A stretch of DNA of 63,960 nucleotides, filler included, from Asterionella formosa (GCA_002256025.1; 4 parts of 4 records of this genome joined end to end with filler, not necessarily neighbours in it); one strand, 5' to 3'; shown: positions 47,601 through 59,745, counted from the first letter of the whole stretch. Program-made: numbers and translations. Notes: generated by a model not told the origin, from the sequence alone.

Positions 47601-48546
47601 AACTTGTAAACCATACCGAGATTTTAGCATGCCCACATCTATTTGTGCTTGGAATGGGACGAAATCATTACCGGTATATAGTCCGAGTCCCGAACCCCTT
47701 TCATTTTGCCAGCAGTGCCGTGTCGCATGCATTTTATCTTGCGAGCAAGCCTTTTGTGTGATGACGATGACCAAAAGTACACCCTATATGTGTATTTTAT
47801 AGTATTCACAAAGTCTCAACGACATGCGAGCCAGCCATCAGCGATTGATTCCTTCCTCGCTTACACCAAGCGAGCCTGCAGTAATAATTAATTCTTAAAA
47901 AATAGGGAATTGAGTTGTTCTGTACTGCAGAAGCCATTTCCGACTACCAGGTACAACAAATATGCTCTTTTGCTTAGTGGAAGTGTCATTGATGTGTCAC
48001 GCCCCTACGTATATATATACAGTAGAGGTATTGTTAAATGGTCTGATTGCATGCAAAGTGATGTGAAATACAAGTGTGGAACAATAAATGATGATGAAAC
48101 TCGTTGATATTTTACGTACATATTATACATAGCCACATCTGTTGACGACCAGTGGTATACTGCAAAATAAAAAATGAACAACAAGGAAGCAATATATTTT
48201 AGCGTGCGTTGGCATCGCATTTTGGGTCACAAAATGACAATAACAAAAAATATAAATATTGACGAAATCCTTCATATATATAAACTCTACGACATTCATC
48301 ATGGCTGGTAGACGAATAACACAAATATTTTTATGTAGGAGATTTGAACATGTCAGCGTTGTGCTCCAAGTGTTATAGTGGCCAAGCAATGACTGCAAAT
48401 GTCAGAAAGTTTTTACTTTCCATATTCCTTTTGCGTTCTCTGCACCTTCGCGTGGAAATTTCAATCCTTGCTTGATCTTCTCACTTTTTAGCCTCGATTT
48501 GTCCAAAAGCTGAAACCAATACCAATAACAGCATTACCTCATTATC

Positions 48547-49416
48547 ATGACCATTACTCGTAGCAAGGCACCATCAACCAAGACGACCAACAGGATCATG
48601 ATGTTGACGAAGGAAGGACGAAGGCTAGTTGGAAAGGATGGGAGGAGGACCAACGGACACCGGAGAATGCTCCCCGAAGGATACGATCCAAGCACGTTTG
48701 ATGTACTCTGTGGTAAAGGGAAAAGTCCTTTCAAGCATGCGGGCAACGTGCGTTTTCGGGCCCTTGTGAGTGAAAACGCGTTTGCGTATTACGGAGCTAC
48801 AAGCAAAGATGCCAAGAGCGCCATCGTCCTTTCCTTGGTGAAACACGTTCGAACCATGTGCCTTCAGGAAGGTAGCAATGGAGGCTTCATTCGATTTGAC
48901 GAAATGACTTGTCGTTGGTACGAGATTGGTGACGCAGCTGCTAGAGAAAAGACAGGCCAAACGCTTCGAGAATATTTCATCAGTAACAACCCCATTCGAG
49001 CTCAAGCGAGGCGCTGTCAGCGCAAGCTTGCCCGCATGAGCAAAGCTCAGCACGCTGCCTTCGTTGCCCAGACCATCCGTATGCCAAACTCGAAAAAGCC
49101 CAGAATTCAGGAAAACATTACATCCGCCCCGATCAAAACAAAAGCGTCCTTTCGAATCTACGCCAACGCCAAAGAAACGTTCCATCCTATTCACTTCGAG
49201 GTAGGAGGAACACAAGACAAAGATCATCCTGATAGCTGCTTCCGAAATGAACCTTCTGATCTATTACTTATTAATCTTGAGAGTTGTGCTCCGCCTCCAG
49301 CACTGTCCTATTTGACGTCAAGCGATTGGTTCTCCGAGAACGAAGATTTTTCGGATTTCTCATGTGGAGATTTTGCCCCTTTCAAATTCTTTGAGGGAGG
49401 CCTGCCGAAAATCTAA
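48547..49416 (+). CDS. DUF6824-like domain protein, paralogue 1
   Basis: DVLCGKG...HAGNVRFRALV...KSAIV..LV..VR...GGFIR...WYEIGDAAAREKTGQTLR is the pattern of this diatom-expanded domain. Confidence 0.82.
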   Translation: MTITRSKAPSTKTTNRIMMLTKEGRRLVGKDGRRTNGHRRMLPEGYDPSTFDVLCGKGKSPFKHAGNVRFRALVSENAFAYYGATSKDAKSAIVLSLVKHVRTMCLQEGSNGGFIRFDEMTCRWYEIGDAAAREKTGQTLREYFISNNPIRAQARRCQRKLARMSKAQHAAFVAQTIRMPNSKKPRIQENITSAPIKTKASFRIYANAKETFHPIHFEVGGTQDKDHPDSCFRNEPSDLLLINLESCAPPPALSYLTSSDWFSENEDFSDFSCGDFAPFKFFEGGLPKI

Positions 49417-50204
49417 GGTCACAAGTTGCTTAGAGAAACAAAAAGTAAGGACGAGTATGGGCTTGGAAAGCGTTGCTAATATTAGTCAGTACTGCCTACA
49501 ATTGCAAAATAACAAATAAACAGTCATCGATTTTACAATTCCAGATGAAGTTGCATTTTTGACAGCATCAGAAAAGAATTGGAGGAGCGGCTGTTTTCGT
49601 ATGAGTTGCTATCAATTCCGTTGCTATCGCAAGTCAGCAGAGCGAACAAGGCTGTACTACGATCCAGGTTCCTCTCCTTGCTTATTTGTTTTAATCACAC
49701 ATGCATGGTGTTCAAAACTTCGGCAGCGCATATTGGTGACCTGCCAATAAATGAGCGTCGTTTTATTTCGAATATCAGGCCAAACTGGGAGTGATGTGGG
49801 GAAGAAATAAAGTTGCTCACGGTGGCGAGAATTCAGATTTTGAAACAATAATTCTGATACATAATTACTAGTTAATATGAATACATCCCTGTACTACATT
49901 TATTCAAGTTTTTGTAGAGGAAGCATTCGCATGATAGGTACGTAATAATAGCAAATGATTTGACATGTCCTTACATTAAAATTATTGGCAAACAACTTAA
50001 AGTAGGATTAATTCAAATTGAGAGCCCTAGCGAATCAACAATGCATTATATCAGCCAAGGGATGATCGGACTTTCCACGAACGAAAAAATTACAGTAAGA
50101 AATGCACATTTGCACATTGCTCCTCAAACCAGCAAATGTCTCGCTCTCACAAATTTACAAATTGCGCAATGGAAAGGACGCACACACTCAAGTAACAACA
50201 CACC

Positions 50205-50948
50205 ATGCTGCCTGCTGAAAAAAAGGAAAGGAAATGTACACAACTCCCTGCCGACTTCTTTCCCGATGTAAACCATGTAATTTGTGGAAAAGGCGAAGCA
50301 GTTTACAGTCACATTGGCAACCAGCGCTTCCGAGTCACCATCGCCATGAATGTAGAGAAGTATGTCTCTGCTCCTGACAGACCAACCAGATCAAAGATAG
50401 TGACAAAGATTGCTCATGCAGTCGGTTTTGATTTTGTTCGCAAGGATCAAGTTACCAATTTTTGGATGGAAGTGCGCGGCGTGGCAGCCAGGGACAAAGT
50501 CAGCCAGACAATGCGTACGCTGGTCAAAAGGATTGACCCTCCTGTCAAGCATTATTTTGTACATTCGCAACAACTGCAATTAAAAAAAATGCTCCTAGAC
50601 CATTCTACAAGACAATCTCTACCAGAGGGAAAAACTTCGGTTAACTCCCTTCTATTGGCAGCGTCGATGACACGAAGCACAAGCGTCTTGAAAACGGTGA
50701 AGCAAAACATTGCGAGTATTGGTGCAAGGACGAAGCCTGATAGTAGTACTTCTGGTACCCCTATCAAAGGACAGAACGCCAGCAGCATAGAAGACGTTTT
50801 GGACGATTTTGATCATGCTGTGGAAATCATTCGAGCATTGCATCCCCCTTTGCTGACGCAACAATCGTCAACCGACTGGTTCGATGGTGACGACATAGAT
50901 ACTAGCCTCGCCGAATTTTCTGATGCACAAATAGGGGATTTCTTTTGA
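50205..50948 (+). CDS. DUF6824-like domain protein, paralogue 2
   Basis: HVICGKG...HIGNQRFRVTI...RSKIV..I...FVRKD...WMEV...AARDKVSQTMR. Confidence 0.8.
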   Translation: MLPAEKKERKCTQLPADFFPDVNHVICGKGEAVYSHIGNQRFRVTIAMNVEKYVSAPDRPTRSKIVTKIAHAVGFDFVRKDQVTNFWMEVRGVAARDKVSQTMRTLVKRIDPPVKHYFVHSQQLQLKKMLLDHSTRQSLPEGKTSVNSLLLAASMTRSTSVLKTVKQNIASIGARTKPDSSTSGTPIKGQNASSIEDVLDDFDHAVEIIRALHPPLLTQQSSTDWFDGDDIDTSLAEFSDAQIGDFF

Positions 50949-51956
50949 CACCTTTGCTTTGACTATATAGGAGCATTTGATGATGTTTCAGGACAACAAA
51001 TATTCCCTTACTAGTTCATTTCAATAATTTTCTCTATAATCCGATCAACAATGAGCTTTCATCCAAAGAAAAGCACAGTGACGTTTATAGATCTTGGATC
51101 GACATAATTGAATGCTTTATCTTTCTTGTAAATGATTTTTTCGTTATATTTAAGAAATGAGGTGCACGCTTATTGCCATGCTGTACTATTCTTACTTAGA
51201 TCGTTACGAAGAATTCGGAAGACCTGGGATAGGCCTGAAAAGGAGAACACAATATCGAGACCAACTCGAATCTACAGTTCGTGTGCCTTGGATAAGTGGC
51301 ATATAGTTAAGTTTTACCGGTAATAGTTAGGTGGCATTAACAATTGTATACGGCAAAGCTTGAGAACGAGAAAAAGGAGGCGGGGTTTCGAATGGAATCA
51401 AGTCAGAGTATAGCAATTGCTGACAGGCGTGAGCGATACTTGACAAGAACAGAAAGGGCGTTGAGATCATACCTACATAAAATATGAGGGAGCAAATGGA
51501 AATGAAAGGAAAGCATGAAATATTAACAGTGAAGACCAAACCAGAAAAAATATTATTTCTGATTTTTAAAGCAAGAATCAATTGCTATAGTACAGGTACC
51601 GTCAATCATAAAAATGTTACACTGCATGATTGCTTTGCTTTTTTCAAATTTGAATCGGCACGTGTGACATCAAAGAATTCTTGTTACCTGGTACTATGTG
51701 GTACCAGGTACAGTGAATTATTGTCATGGCGCTGTAAATTTGTTTTATTTCATTTCAATATCGAGACTACTCCGCTGAAATGCTGCAACGTGCCTCACGT
51801 GCACCTCTCCAAAAACTGTGTGATGATAACCTTTTTGACACCATATTTTAGCAGCCACGGGGGACTCTAAATTAACCAAGATTGTTTTCTTGTCCCACTG
51901 CAATGATTGTTCTGACGGTGGACCCATAATTTCAAGGTTAGCTCCCAAATTCCAGG

Positions 51957-53544
51957 ATGAGATTGCTTGCGGTGCTCCTTCTCCATCATGTCGTCATTGG
52001 CACGCTAGCAGAACGAGTATGGACAGAGATTGTTCCTTTTCACCTTCTGATTCCTTTGGATTTGAATATTGGCCGAAACATATTAGAACATGATCCATTG
52101 CGCTTTACGATGATGCCATCGAATCGTCCTTCAACGTCGCCCAGCGTTTTCCCTTCTATTGTCCCGTCTCATGAACCTTCAATCAAACCTTCTGTTTCTC
52201 CTTCCTTTTCGGCAAAGCCAACAGAAACGCATCCTTCGATCTCTCCGTCTGGTCGTCCTATTGCTGTGCCAAGCCGAGACCCCACGTTACCACCAAGCAC
52301 ATCTCCAACACCAGATCAATACCCTGAAAGCGATCTCCCAGGAACAATCCCTTCATCTTATTTTAACTATGATACTTTGTCAAGTTATGGACCTGGATAT
52401 CCTGAACGAGTTCGACACAATGCTACAATGACGAAAATCATATATCAAAATAACGGATGGCAAAATGCTATGAACCGTAAGGGAAAGGACTTTTATTGGG
52501 ACGAGTTCGATACTCCGGGCAGTGGTGCTTGGGCTGGCGTCTTGGGGAATAAACAGCTAGGTTTGAACCAGTGCGAAAAAGTTGGAAAGCAAAGTCCAAT
52601 TGATGTTAGAGACAGTGGTGCCGAGTGCATCGAACATCATCAGATTCGAACAAGAGTAAGCTAATTAATGTTTTAACTGCGACTGTCGCGGCTGCGTATT
52701 CGTGTGTCGAACTCACACTTATCCTTTACAGAATGGGAACATGGTGTTAGGCAGTGACATGATTGAACCGCGAATCGAAAGCAACAAGCTTCGACTCTAC
52801 TTCAAACGTCGTGCTTGCGCAAATCTTACGGCGCTTGAATGTGCAGAAACTAATCCCCCACATGCAGACTTTCCAAACAACTGGGGCGGCTACGCAGATT
52901 TAATGAATGTTGATTTTAAGATTCCAAGTGAGCATACTATTTATGGGGAGCGTTTTGACGCCGAAATGCAAATCTTTCACTTGCATCCGTCGCGACGTCG
53001 AACACCTACTGTAGCAGTGGTGATACGAGCATCTAGAAGTGGATACAACCCTATCTTTCAGGACATCCTAGATCAATTTCAGTACGCTTTTAATGATCAT
53101 GGCGCCCAGTGTTTGACCCGGTTTCAGCGTCAACGTCGCCAAACCAAAATGGTTCACGTTCCAACTGAACACGAGGATCGTATTGCTAACGCTATCCCTG
53201 GCCGAAGAAAGCTCCAATCCACTTTCAATCCTCACCATGAATTGTTGGTTCCTAGTCTTCACTTTTTCGGTTATGAAGGTTCCATTACGGAGCCACCGTG
53301 CAGTGAATTTGTTTCATGGTTCGTTTCTGACACGCCCATGCAAGTTGGGTTTTCTCAGTTGGAGCAAATGAAGATAATCCTTTTCCAGCACGTGTCCCCG
53401 ACCTGTGAAAAGACGAGCGTTCACTCCAACAGGAGCGTTGCCCGTCCTATTCAAGATTCATTTGGTCGACCTGTGTGGCGGTGCACTGACAAAAACTTTC
53501 TTGGCGACGACGTGCGATTTAGGAACGATGACGTAATAGTCTAG
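51957..53544 (+). CDS. Secreted alpha-carbonic anhydrase-like protein, 2 exons: 51957-52655 and 52732-53544
   Basis: Signal peptide, PS-rich linker, and motifs QSPID, PSEHT..GERFDAE, YEGSITEPPCSE.V.W and ARPIQ. Phase-0 intron at 52656-52731 (gtaagc...ttacag). Confidence 0.85.
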
Positions 53545-54125
53545 TACTAGCAAGACGAGATGAATACGGATCTTAAGTGTTTTATTGGGCAAACACGGTA
53601 CAACGAACAATTAGGCTAGATCATCTATTTTAGCTATTCCATTACGAGCTCATTCGTTTTACCATTGTCACGTCTGCATAGAAATGTTTACCATGCTTTG
53701 GGAGCAGTAATCATGCAATCTAATGTCAACGCATTTGCGTTTCGTTCCTATACAGGAGAGGAGCTAATATTGGGACCAGGAATGTCGAGAATTCGCTCAC
53801 TATAGATTTGGGTGCCGAGCGACATTTCCGCGTTTCTCTCCTTTAGTTTAAAAACCGTTCTCACTCTTATGTTGTTTTTATGTGATACTGTAACTCTTTT
53901 TTCTCGTAATTGACAAGTTCTGGATATTTGAAGATTGAAAAGAAGGGGTATGTATCTACATACTCCTTCCTGGTTGATGAAGAACAGCTAGACCTGTAGT
54001 ATAATCATATCGTCTAGACGTAAAGAGTCCGCAATCGAAATGGAATCAAAGAGTCAACCTCAGTGAAAAATTGTATGCAATAGGTAGTAGTTCCCTCTCT
54101 TCAAAAAAGCTCTGAGTTACACTGA

Positions 54126-55406
54126 TTAAACTTCCGTCTGACATGTAAAATTGTTTTCCAGCCGGCGACAAGCCTCTGTGATGTCTTGATTCGAGCGACA
54201 AGCTGCGAAACGTAAATACTCCTGCCCACTGTCACTGGTTCCATAAAAATTGTCTCCGGGTACTGTCGCCACACCAACATATTCCATCAAGTACATGGCA
54301 GCTTCCATGGGTGTCAGACTCGAAAGCTGTGGCACGCTCGTATATTTCACAAACAGATAGTAAGCACCTTCTGGTGCGGATACTTTGAATCCAACCCTTT
54401 TGAGACACGAGACCAAAGTCTCGATCCGTTCCACGTATCTCAATCTCAAATCAATCATAAAATAACTATCAGGCAACTTCAAATAAGAAATGGACGCATA
54501 TTGCATAGGATGCGGCGCCATGACGACCATTTGATCATGAATGGCACGAAAAGTACCCCGAACGGCCTTGGGGTGAATACACCAACCAACTCGCCACCCA
54601 GTTGCAGATGCGGACTTGCCAATTGAGTTGCACATAAGAGTGCGTTCGGAAATGGATGGAACAAGCAACGGAAGAATGTAGTGAGGTGTATCAATATACC
54701 TCATGTGTTCGTATATTTCATCCGTGATGATATACACGTCATGCTGGATACAAAGCCGGGCAATCGTTTCCAACTCAAGTTGCTTGAAGACTTTTCCTGT
54801 CGGATTATGTGGTGAATTCAGCAGCAAAATCTTGCTTTCCATCAAGGCGCACTCCAACTTTTCCATATCAAGTTCCCACCCACAATCAGTTTCCGTCAAG
54901 TTTACAAAAAGTGGTTCGAGATAAAATATTTTGCATTGCGACGGATAGAGTTCATGAAAGGGTTCAATAATCACCACTTTGTCCCCCGGTTTTCCAAGAG
55001 TGCGAAGTGCAGATCCTACTGCCTCGGTGGCTCCTAGAGTGACCGTCACGTCATCGGGAGAGATTTTCCAGTCATAGAGTCGCTTATAGTAGTCTGCAAT
55101 GGCTTCCCTCAGGTCCAATCGTCCCATCGGTGGAGAGTATTGATTTATCACATCAGGAGTAGTGATAGTGCTCGAATTTATTCTCTCTAGGACTTGTTCC
55201 AAAGATTCATGGGCCGTGTCACCTCCACTCAATACACTGGCAGCTAAAGACTTCCTCACCTCCAAGGGCGGAGCTTCGTTGGGAAAGCCTTGCGATAGAT
55301 TGACCGCATTGAATTCGTGTGATAATCGGGTCATTCGTCGAATCACTGATTCGCCAATCTTACCCTTGCTGTTATCGTCTTTGTTGTCGTTAGTGAAAGA
55401 TGACAT
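54126..55406 (-). CDS. PLP-dependent class I aminotransferase (kynurenine/methionine aminotransferase-like)
   Basis: AVNLSQGFP, TLGATEA, NSPHNPTGKVF, DEIYE, SIGKSASATGWRVGW (PLP lysine) and YLRFAAC. Likely ATG at 55406. Confidence 0.9.
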   Translation of the reverse strand: MSSFTNDNKDDNSKGKIGESVIRRMTRLSHEFNAVNLSQGFPNEAPPLEVRKSLAASVLSGGDTAHESLEQVLERINSSTITTPDVINQYSPPMGRLDLREAIADYYKRLYDWKISPDDVTVTLGATEAVGSALRTLGKPGDKVVIIEPFHELYPSQCKIFYLEPLFVNLTETDCGWELDMEKLECALMESKILLLNSPHNPTGKVFKQLELETIARLCIQHDVYIITDEIYEHMRYIDTPHYILPLLVPSISERTLMCNSIGKSASATGWRVGWCIHPKAVRGTFRAIHDQMVVMAPHPMQYASISYLKLPDSYFMIDLRLRYVERIETLVSCLKRVGFKVSAPEGAYYLFVKYTSVPQLSSLTPMEAAMYLMEYVGVATVPGDNFYGTSDSGQEYLRFAACRSNQDITEACRRLENNFTCQTEV

Positions 55407-55542
55407 GGTGATAATTTTAACAGTAAACGGAAGACAGTTAGGAGAACACCAACAAGTGGAATGGCAATGATGAGGCAGAGGGTGTTTCCTCTTGTTTTTC
55501 TGAGCGATTATGAAGATAAAAATATGGCTGCCTCCATACAAT

Positions 55543-55845
55543 GGTACCGGTACCGGTATCGGTATTCAGGTTTGTACACGGTAATACATACAAATCTTTC
55601 TGGTATTAAGTTTTGTACTATGTACCGGGAATCATTTCGAGGTACCTGGTACTGGTACCAGGTACAGGTACCTACCCTGGTACTAACTTACCAGTTGGAG
55701 TACCACTAGTATTTGTACTCGCATTAGCTTGACACCATCATTCTACATTCCTCGTCCACATTATGATACCCAGTACGTACCGGTAGTACACTGGTACACT
55801 GGTACAAGGTACCAGGTAGTGCATCACTATTACCGGGGTACATAC
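55543..55845. promoter_or_regulatory. Representative GGTACCW / TACCGGTA motif array in a divergent promoter region
   Basis: For example GGTACCTGGTACTGGTACCAGGTACAGGTACC from 55641, between the divergent aminotransferase and USP genes. The regulatory role is inferred from position only. Confidence 0.5.
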
Positions 55846-55957
55846 CAGTTGATTTCATATCGGGAATACATGATACATGATTAGCGGTGACAATCTTACT
55901 CTATATTTTTCCTGATTCCAACCTTCGCCTTACTGACAACTTTGCTGCACAGCAACC

Positions 55958-57100
55958 ATGATGGTAGTCCCTGAATATCGCTCGAGAGCACCACGAGTGG
56001 CTGCTTTATTAGTTGTCACGTCCGCTCTGGCCCTAGCCAGTACGCCAATAGTTGTCAGCACAGGACTCCGCAATCTCGGTAACACTTGCTACATGAATGC
56101 CCAACTGCAATGCCATTTTCATATTCCTCGAGTTAGAGAAATAATCAAGGAAGGACTGCTGGGCGCTGAAGACAATTCACGAAATCAAGAAACCGTTGGA
56201 TTGCAAGCCCTCCGAATCGTCCTAGATGAAATGCAACGTGTAGCTACCGCTAAGGGCGGCGTGACTACCAAGGCGTCCCCTGTTATTCTTTGTCAAGCAC
56301 TGGCGATTCGTACCATGGAACAGCAAGACTCACAAGAGTTTTGGAAGCTGCTGCTACCAGCTTTGGAACTCCCAGCACTAACAGACTTGTATCAAGGTGC
56401 TTTTGAAGATTACATAACATCTATTGACGGAATCCATGAACGGCGACGGGAAGAAGCCTTTTTGGACTTGTCGTTGGACGTTACACATAAGAGCGTCGAA
56501 AGATCTCTGAAAAACTTGTTTGGGGAGCCAGAGCTTTTGTCCGAGAAGGAAGGAAATGGATGGAGACCAGAAAAAGGCATGCCGAAAGTGGATGCGCTGA
56601 AGGGATCGCTGCTGCCAATTAAGGGACTGCCGACTCTTCTTTCTCTTCACCTTAAAAGATTTCAATATGACTGGCAATCCGATCAAACTTCGAAAACACA
56701 TGTGCAGTTCCAGTTTGACAACGTGTTAGATTTACGACAAATTTGTACTGATATGCGAAAGGAAGACGAGGACTCTGCCATATACTACCTACAATCAATC
56801 GTCGTTCATTCCGGGGAATTTGGAGGAGGTCATTACTATGCATATGTCAGACCCGATATTCGGTCGGAAGAATGGTATCGATTCAATGATCAGCATGTAG
56901 ATTTAGTCAGTTTTAAAGATGTTACATCGGACGCCTTTGGGGGAAAGACGAGTGGACCGAAAAAACCGGGGATCCTGCGAAGATTATTTGGAGGGGGTGG
57001 CGGATATGGTTGGGGAGGTCGAACGGCCTCGGCTTACGTGCTTCAATACGTAAGACGATCCGAGATTGATGAATTATATGGACACGAGGATATGTATTAA
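55958..57100 (+). CDS. Ubiquitin-specific protease (C19/USP) with hydrophobic N-terminal leader
   Basis: Cys box GLRNLGNTCYMNAQLQ, QQDSQEF, LHLKRF, and His box VVHSG..GGGHYYAY...WYRFND. Confidence 0.9.
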   Translation: MMVVPEYRSRAPRVAALLVVTSALALASTPIVVSTGLRNLGNTCYMNAQLQCHFHIPRVREIIKEGLLGAEDNSRNQETVGLQALRIVLDEMQRVATAKGGVTTKASPVILCQALAIRTMEQQDSQEFWKLLLPALELPALTDLYQGAFEDYITSIDGIHERRREEAFLDLSLDVTHKSVERSLKNLFGEPELLSEKEGNGWRPEKGMPKVDALKGSLLPIKGLPTLLSLHLKRFQYDWQSDQTSKTHVQFQFDNVLDLRQICTDMRKEDEDSAIYYLQSIVVHSGEFGGGHYYAYVRPDIRSEEWYRFNDQHVDLVSFKDVTSDAFGGKTSGPKKPGILRRLFGGGGGYGWGGRTASAYVLQYVRRSEIDELYGHEDMY

Positions 57101-57200
57101 AATTCCTTGAAAACAAAGGCTATTACAATATCCAAGTTCTGTCTGAAAACCTAGCTGCGCTTTTCGTCGTTTAGAGCAGCAATCCTGCCTAGTCCTTATT

Positions 57201-58574
57201 TTAAAGCGCGAACAAATCAGGTCTCTCGTTATCACCTTGCGGCCAACTTGCCTTGGCTATTCTTCGCATGTCTTCTGCCATTGGTGCACGGAATTTCATA
57301 CGCTCGCCAGTCGTCGGATGATCAATCTCCAATTGGTACGCATGCAACAACGGCCGATCAATCTGATGTGTCCTGGCCAATTTCTTGTTCCAATCGCTCA
57401 AACCGTACACGTCGTCGCCATACACTGGTGTATGCCGATCTTGCAAATGTACGCGAATTTGATGGGTCCGGCCAGTTTCAATCCGAACTTGCACCAAACT
57501 AAGTTTGCCGTCAAAATTAATTGCATCAACATATGACAACGACCGCCTCCCAGCTTGGCTAGGCGATCGCGTATCCACCATGCGGTCCTTTGGAGCAAAT
57601 CCTCCAGAATTCTTCCTGTGCGGATCAGGGACTACTCGCATACGTTGTCGATGTATTGGGTGGCGTCCGATGGGTTTGTCGATGACTACGCGCTTGCCGG
57701 GGTTTCCTACCGTAATGGCCAAATAAGTCTTTTGTACCTTGCGTTCCTTGAAAGAGCTAGAGAGAGCAGCCAGGGCAGCTCGTGTTTTGGCTACCACCAA
57801 TACACCAGTCGTACCCTTGTCGAGGCGATGGACAATACCTGGTCGAAACGAGATGGCTTCGCCATCGGTGCCGTCAATGGAAATGCCTTCCGCTTCACTT
57901 CCATCCCCACCGATAAAATCCCCACGTGAATAAGGGGAATCGTTGGCAAGATAATAGGCGAGTGCGTTCACAACCGTCCCGTCCAAATTACCAGCGGCAG
58001 GATGAACCACCATATCAGCAGCCTTATTCAAAACAATCATGCAGTCGTCTTCAAAAATAATTGAAAGGGGCAACTTCTGAGGGGTGATTTCAGTAGGCGT
58101 CTCACCGGTGGGTAAAGTGAGGTGCAACATTGTACCGGCTTCGATTTTTTCTGCTTTGCGAGTGCAAACCTCTGTCAATCCATCTGGTGTAGTGATTTTG
58201 ACAAGTCCGTCCGAAATCAAGTTACCACAAAGCGATCGAGATAATTTCGGCTCCAAGGAAGCAACGATGGCATCAAGCCGCTTGTTGCCTAGTTCCTCCG
58301 GGACCACATGCATGTGTGTATAAGCAGTATCTTCGTCGTCATCGTCATCTTCAATATCATCGTCATCCGATAGATTGAGAGACTGTGATGGGGTATTCAC
58401 CTTGTCCATTTCAACTTCAGCTGCCAGAATGGAATCCAAATCAAAATTCGAGGTTGGTGGAGGTCGAGCAAAGCATTCCCGACGAGCATTGGACTCTTTT
58501 CTTGGCACAATGAATGCTACAGTCAAGCGACTGAAACAGAAAGCCGTCACCACTAATAGCACACGCAGTTTCAT
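57201..58574 (-). CDS. rluD: RluA/RluD-family pseudouridine synthase with S4 domain, predicted plastid-targeted
   Basis: S4 segment RLDAIVA...SRS, NKAADMVVHPA, catalytic RPGIVHRLDKGTTG, TGRTHQIRVH and LHAY.L. Signal peptide ends TVA-FIVP. Confidence 0.88.
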   Translation of the reverse strand: MKLRVLLVVTAFCFSRLTVAFIVPRKESNARRECFARPPPTSNFDLDSILAAEVEMDKVNTPSQSLNLSDDDDIEDDDDDEDTAYTHMHVVPEELGNKRLDAIVASLEPKLSRSLCGNLISDGLVKITTPDGLTEVCTRKAEKIEAGTMLHLTLPTGETPTEITPQKLPLSIIFEDDCMIVLNKAADMVVHPAAGNLDGTVVNALAYYLANDSPYSRGDFIGGDGSEAEGISIDGTDGEAISFRPGIVHRLDKGTTGVLVVAKTRAALAALSSSFKERKVQKTYLAITVGNPGKRVVIDKPIGRHPIHRQRMRVVPDPHRKNSGGFAPKDRMVDTRSPSQAGRRSLSYVDAINFDGKLSLVQVRIETGRTHQIRVHLQDRHTPVYGDDVYGLSDWNKKLARTHQIDRPLLHAYQLEIDHPTTGERMKFRAPMAEDMRRIAKASWPQGDNERPDLFAL

Positions 58575-59344
58575 TTCGGTTTTTCTGGTTGGTGGCGAAT
58601 GACAAACTGACCCTTTCTTCAGTAAAGGAAAAGTGACAAGGATTATCGAGTTTTGCAGCTCCAAGACTTGATTTGCGAGGCTTTCAAATGCTTCGGTTAA
58701 CAGTACAGCCTGAAAAAATCAAGGATGTTGGGCCTGCAAACTAACGATGGATCTGTTCGCTCACAGGGAGCATCCAAAGAACAAAAACAAATAAATGATT
58801 CTCGTGCTTGCTGTCATTCTACGAAAAATTTGTACAGTTTTGATGGTTGCTGCTGTTGACATTGTATATGGGGAGCTGGACGGACGCACGCTTCCTACAA
58901 TCATGCGCAGTACATACCGGTACTCTTTGTGCAATACATGTACACCAGACCGGTACCAGGTACCTTGTACCGGAGTAGACTACCACCAAGCACTAGGTCT
59001 TACGATGTACCGGTAATTGGAGAACTACCTTATCTCTTCCTGGCTCTCCAGATTCCTGTCCCCCTCGCCCTTTTTCGGCACTGTTGATCACCCTGGGAAA
59101 ACATATAACATCAACTGAAAATACTACGAACTCAAAGAAATGGCATGACAGGTAAATAGGACAAAGTACTTCGCTTTTTCAACCATTTGTCGCCCGTTGG
59201 TACTCTCGTCCAACTTTTTTAATAAGCTAAATAAATGTGAAATTACAAAATATGATGTATCGAAGATGGAGGAGCCAGTCACTAGGGGACTAAGAAATAC
59301 AAATTCATTCCAGGTGCACTTCATGAAAAATCCAAAAAAACTAC

Positions 59345-59415
59345 TGCACCAACCGGGAATCGAACCCAGGGCAAACGCTTGGAAGGCGTTTATGTTACCA
59401 CTACACCATTGGTGC
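59345..59415 (-). tRNA. tRNA-Gly(TCC)
   Basis: Acceptor GCACCAA/TTGGTGC, anticodon arm AACGC-CTTCCAA-GCGTT and T loop TTCGATT. A T-run terminator lies downstream. Confidence 0.93.
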
Positions 59416-59745
59416 CCCGCTGATGTCCTAATGGTGGGTAAAATGGGTTATAAAATCTGTCATTTTACTATGTTACAGTATGTATAATTTAATTTAGGCA
59501 ATGATAATACAATAGTACATTTATATCAAACTTTTAGAATTCTGGTATTCCCGGTAAGACGACCTGAAAAACAACGATGTAACTTCATACACAATAAAAT
59601 ATGCCGTGAGACATGAGACTACCGGTACATGAATGATAAACGGTATCATGGTCTTCTGCTATGAATGTAGGCTTTTGGTCCTGATCAGTTAGTTATAAAG
59701 GTGATCCGTTCCACCCTCAAGGAGGCCCACTCAACTAGCCAAAAC

